Shown piece after piece: positions 31,599 to 32,000 of a stretch of DNA of 32,000 nt (its first letter is position 1; every line of letters begins with the position of its first letter). Source of the stretch: Chloroflexota bacterium (GTDB lineage: Bacteria > Chloroflexota > Dehalococcoidia > Lucifugimonadales > Australimonadaceae). The stretch is taken from assembly GCA_002719775.1 (NCBI GenBank), contig PBEP01000015.1:36973-68972 (forward strand), in the 5' to 3' direction. The position numbers and the translations under genes are program-made. A model generated the notes under the pieces. That model worked only from the letters and a program-made list of their open reading frames with translations. It did no database searches and was not told the origin of the DNA.

Positions 31599-32000
31599 CT
31601 ACCTTGATATGCGATCTTCTGGCGAAAGATGTGGGACTGTAATTCCGTTATCAAGAAACGTTCGCGTGACTTCCAATGAAGCATATACCCATAAAATTTT
31701 CATATCCTCATCGCCTGTATTTCTAAAGCAGTGAGGTTCCCCAGCGGTGATATACGAAGTATCAAAAACGCTGACTTGTTCTTTAACACCATCTATCTCA
31801 CACTCACCTTTACCTTCTAGCACAATAACCATCTCGTCAGTGTTATGTGAATGTACTGGAACAGAAACACCGGGTTTAAAAGTAGAAATTCCTGAAATAA
31901 ATGAACGTGCACCATTTTCTTTCAAAAACAATGGTGCCGTTGTTGCACCATTGCCTCTATCGATTTGTGGTTGATCATTAAACTTTATAACTTGCGACAT
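31599..32000 (-). CDS. Cupin-domain protein
   Basis: GVSVPVHSHNTDEMVIVLEGKGECEIDG...GEPHCFRN are the two cupin motifs (H.H....E and ..H..N). The ATG is the last three bases of the window. Confidence 0.7.
   Translation of the reverse strand: MSQVIKFNDQPQIDRGNGATTAPLFLKENGARSFISGISTFKPGVSVPVHSHNTDEMVIVLEGKGECEIDGVKEQVSVFDTSYITAGEPHCFRNTGDEDMKILWVYASLEVTRTFLDNGITVPHLSPEDRISR

Noticed and set aside
1-32000. CRISPR arrays, IS elements/transposases, integrases, prophage genes, toxin-antitoxin pairs or known defence cassettes
   Set aside because: I saw no repeat-spacer periodicity, terminal inverted repeats, recombinase-like ORFs or small paired ORFs. Gene content and tight operon packing are those of core housekeeping DNA. 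The tRNA genes show no adjacent integrase or direct-repeat scar.

Overview
This window looks like core genome from a bacterium of moderate to low GC. I found no CRISPR array, IS element, integrase, phage gene or recognisable defence cassette. The gene content (F420 cofactor operon, luciferase-like oxidoreductase, HspR heat-shock operon, EF-Tu sequence) would fit a marine Chloroflexota (SAR202-like) or actinobacteria-like lineage, but that is inference only.

Gene order:
- tuf (partial) with an upstream tRNA cluster Thr(UGU)-Tyr-Thr(GGU)
- gatB-secG
- ispD-ispF-cysS, an aldo/keto reductase, and a zinc-ribbon SAM methyltransferase
- a cbpA(dnaJ-like)-hspR-clpC-type heat-shock operon with a palindromic operator candidate
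- a threonine-synthase-like gene, a NIL-domain gene and a MoaD/ThiS-like gene, followed 3 nt later by a thioredoxin-fold redoxin
- alaS-ruvX-DUF429-aroC-aroK/aroB
- panE, a fused EtfB-EtfA, a carboxylesterase and a DtxR-family regulator
- a translationally coupled cofG-cofH-cofD-cofC-LLM oxidoreductase operon, a small membrane protein and a cupin

Observations most worth follow-up:
1. The redoxin ORF is interrupted by one in-frame TGA exactly at the first Cys of its CxxC motif, with a hairpin downstream. This makes it a candidate UxxC selenoprotein.
2. The ThrC-like/NIL/MoaD-like trio looks like a protein-thiocarboxylate-dependent homocysteine (methionine) route rather than plain threonine synthesis.
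3. The Hsp100 under HspR control is ClpC-type (short M-domain, ClpP-docking loop), not ClpB. It sits downstream of a divergent HAIR-like operator.
4. A consensus promoter upstream of the tRNA operon fires directly into a terminator-like hairpin.

I see no convincing wholly novel multi-gene system, and every functional call rests on motif recognition by eye.
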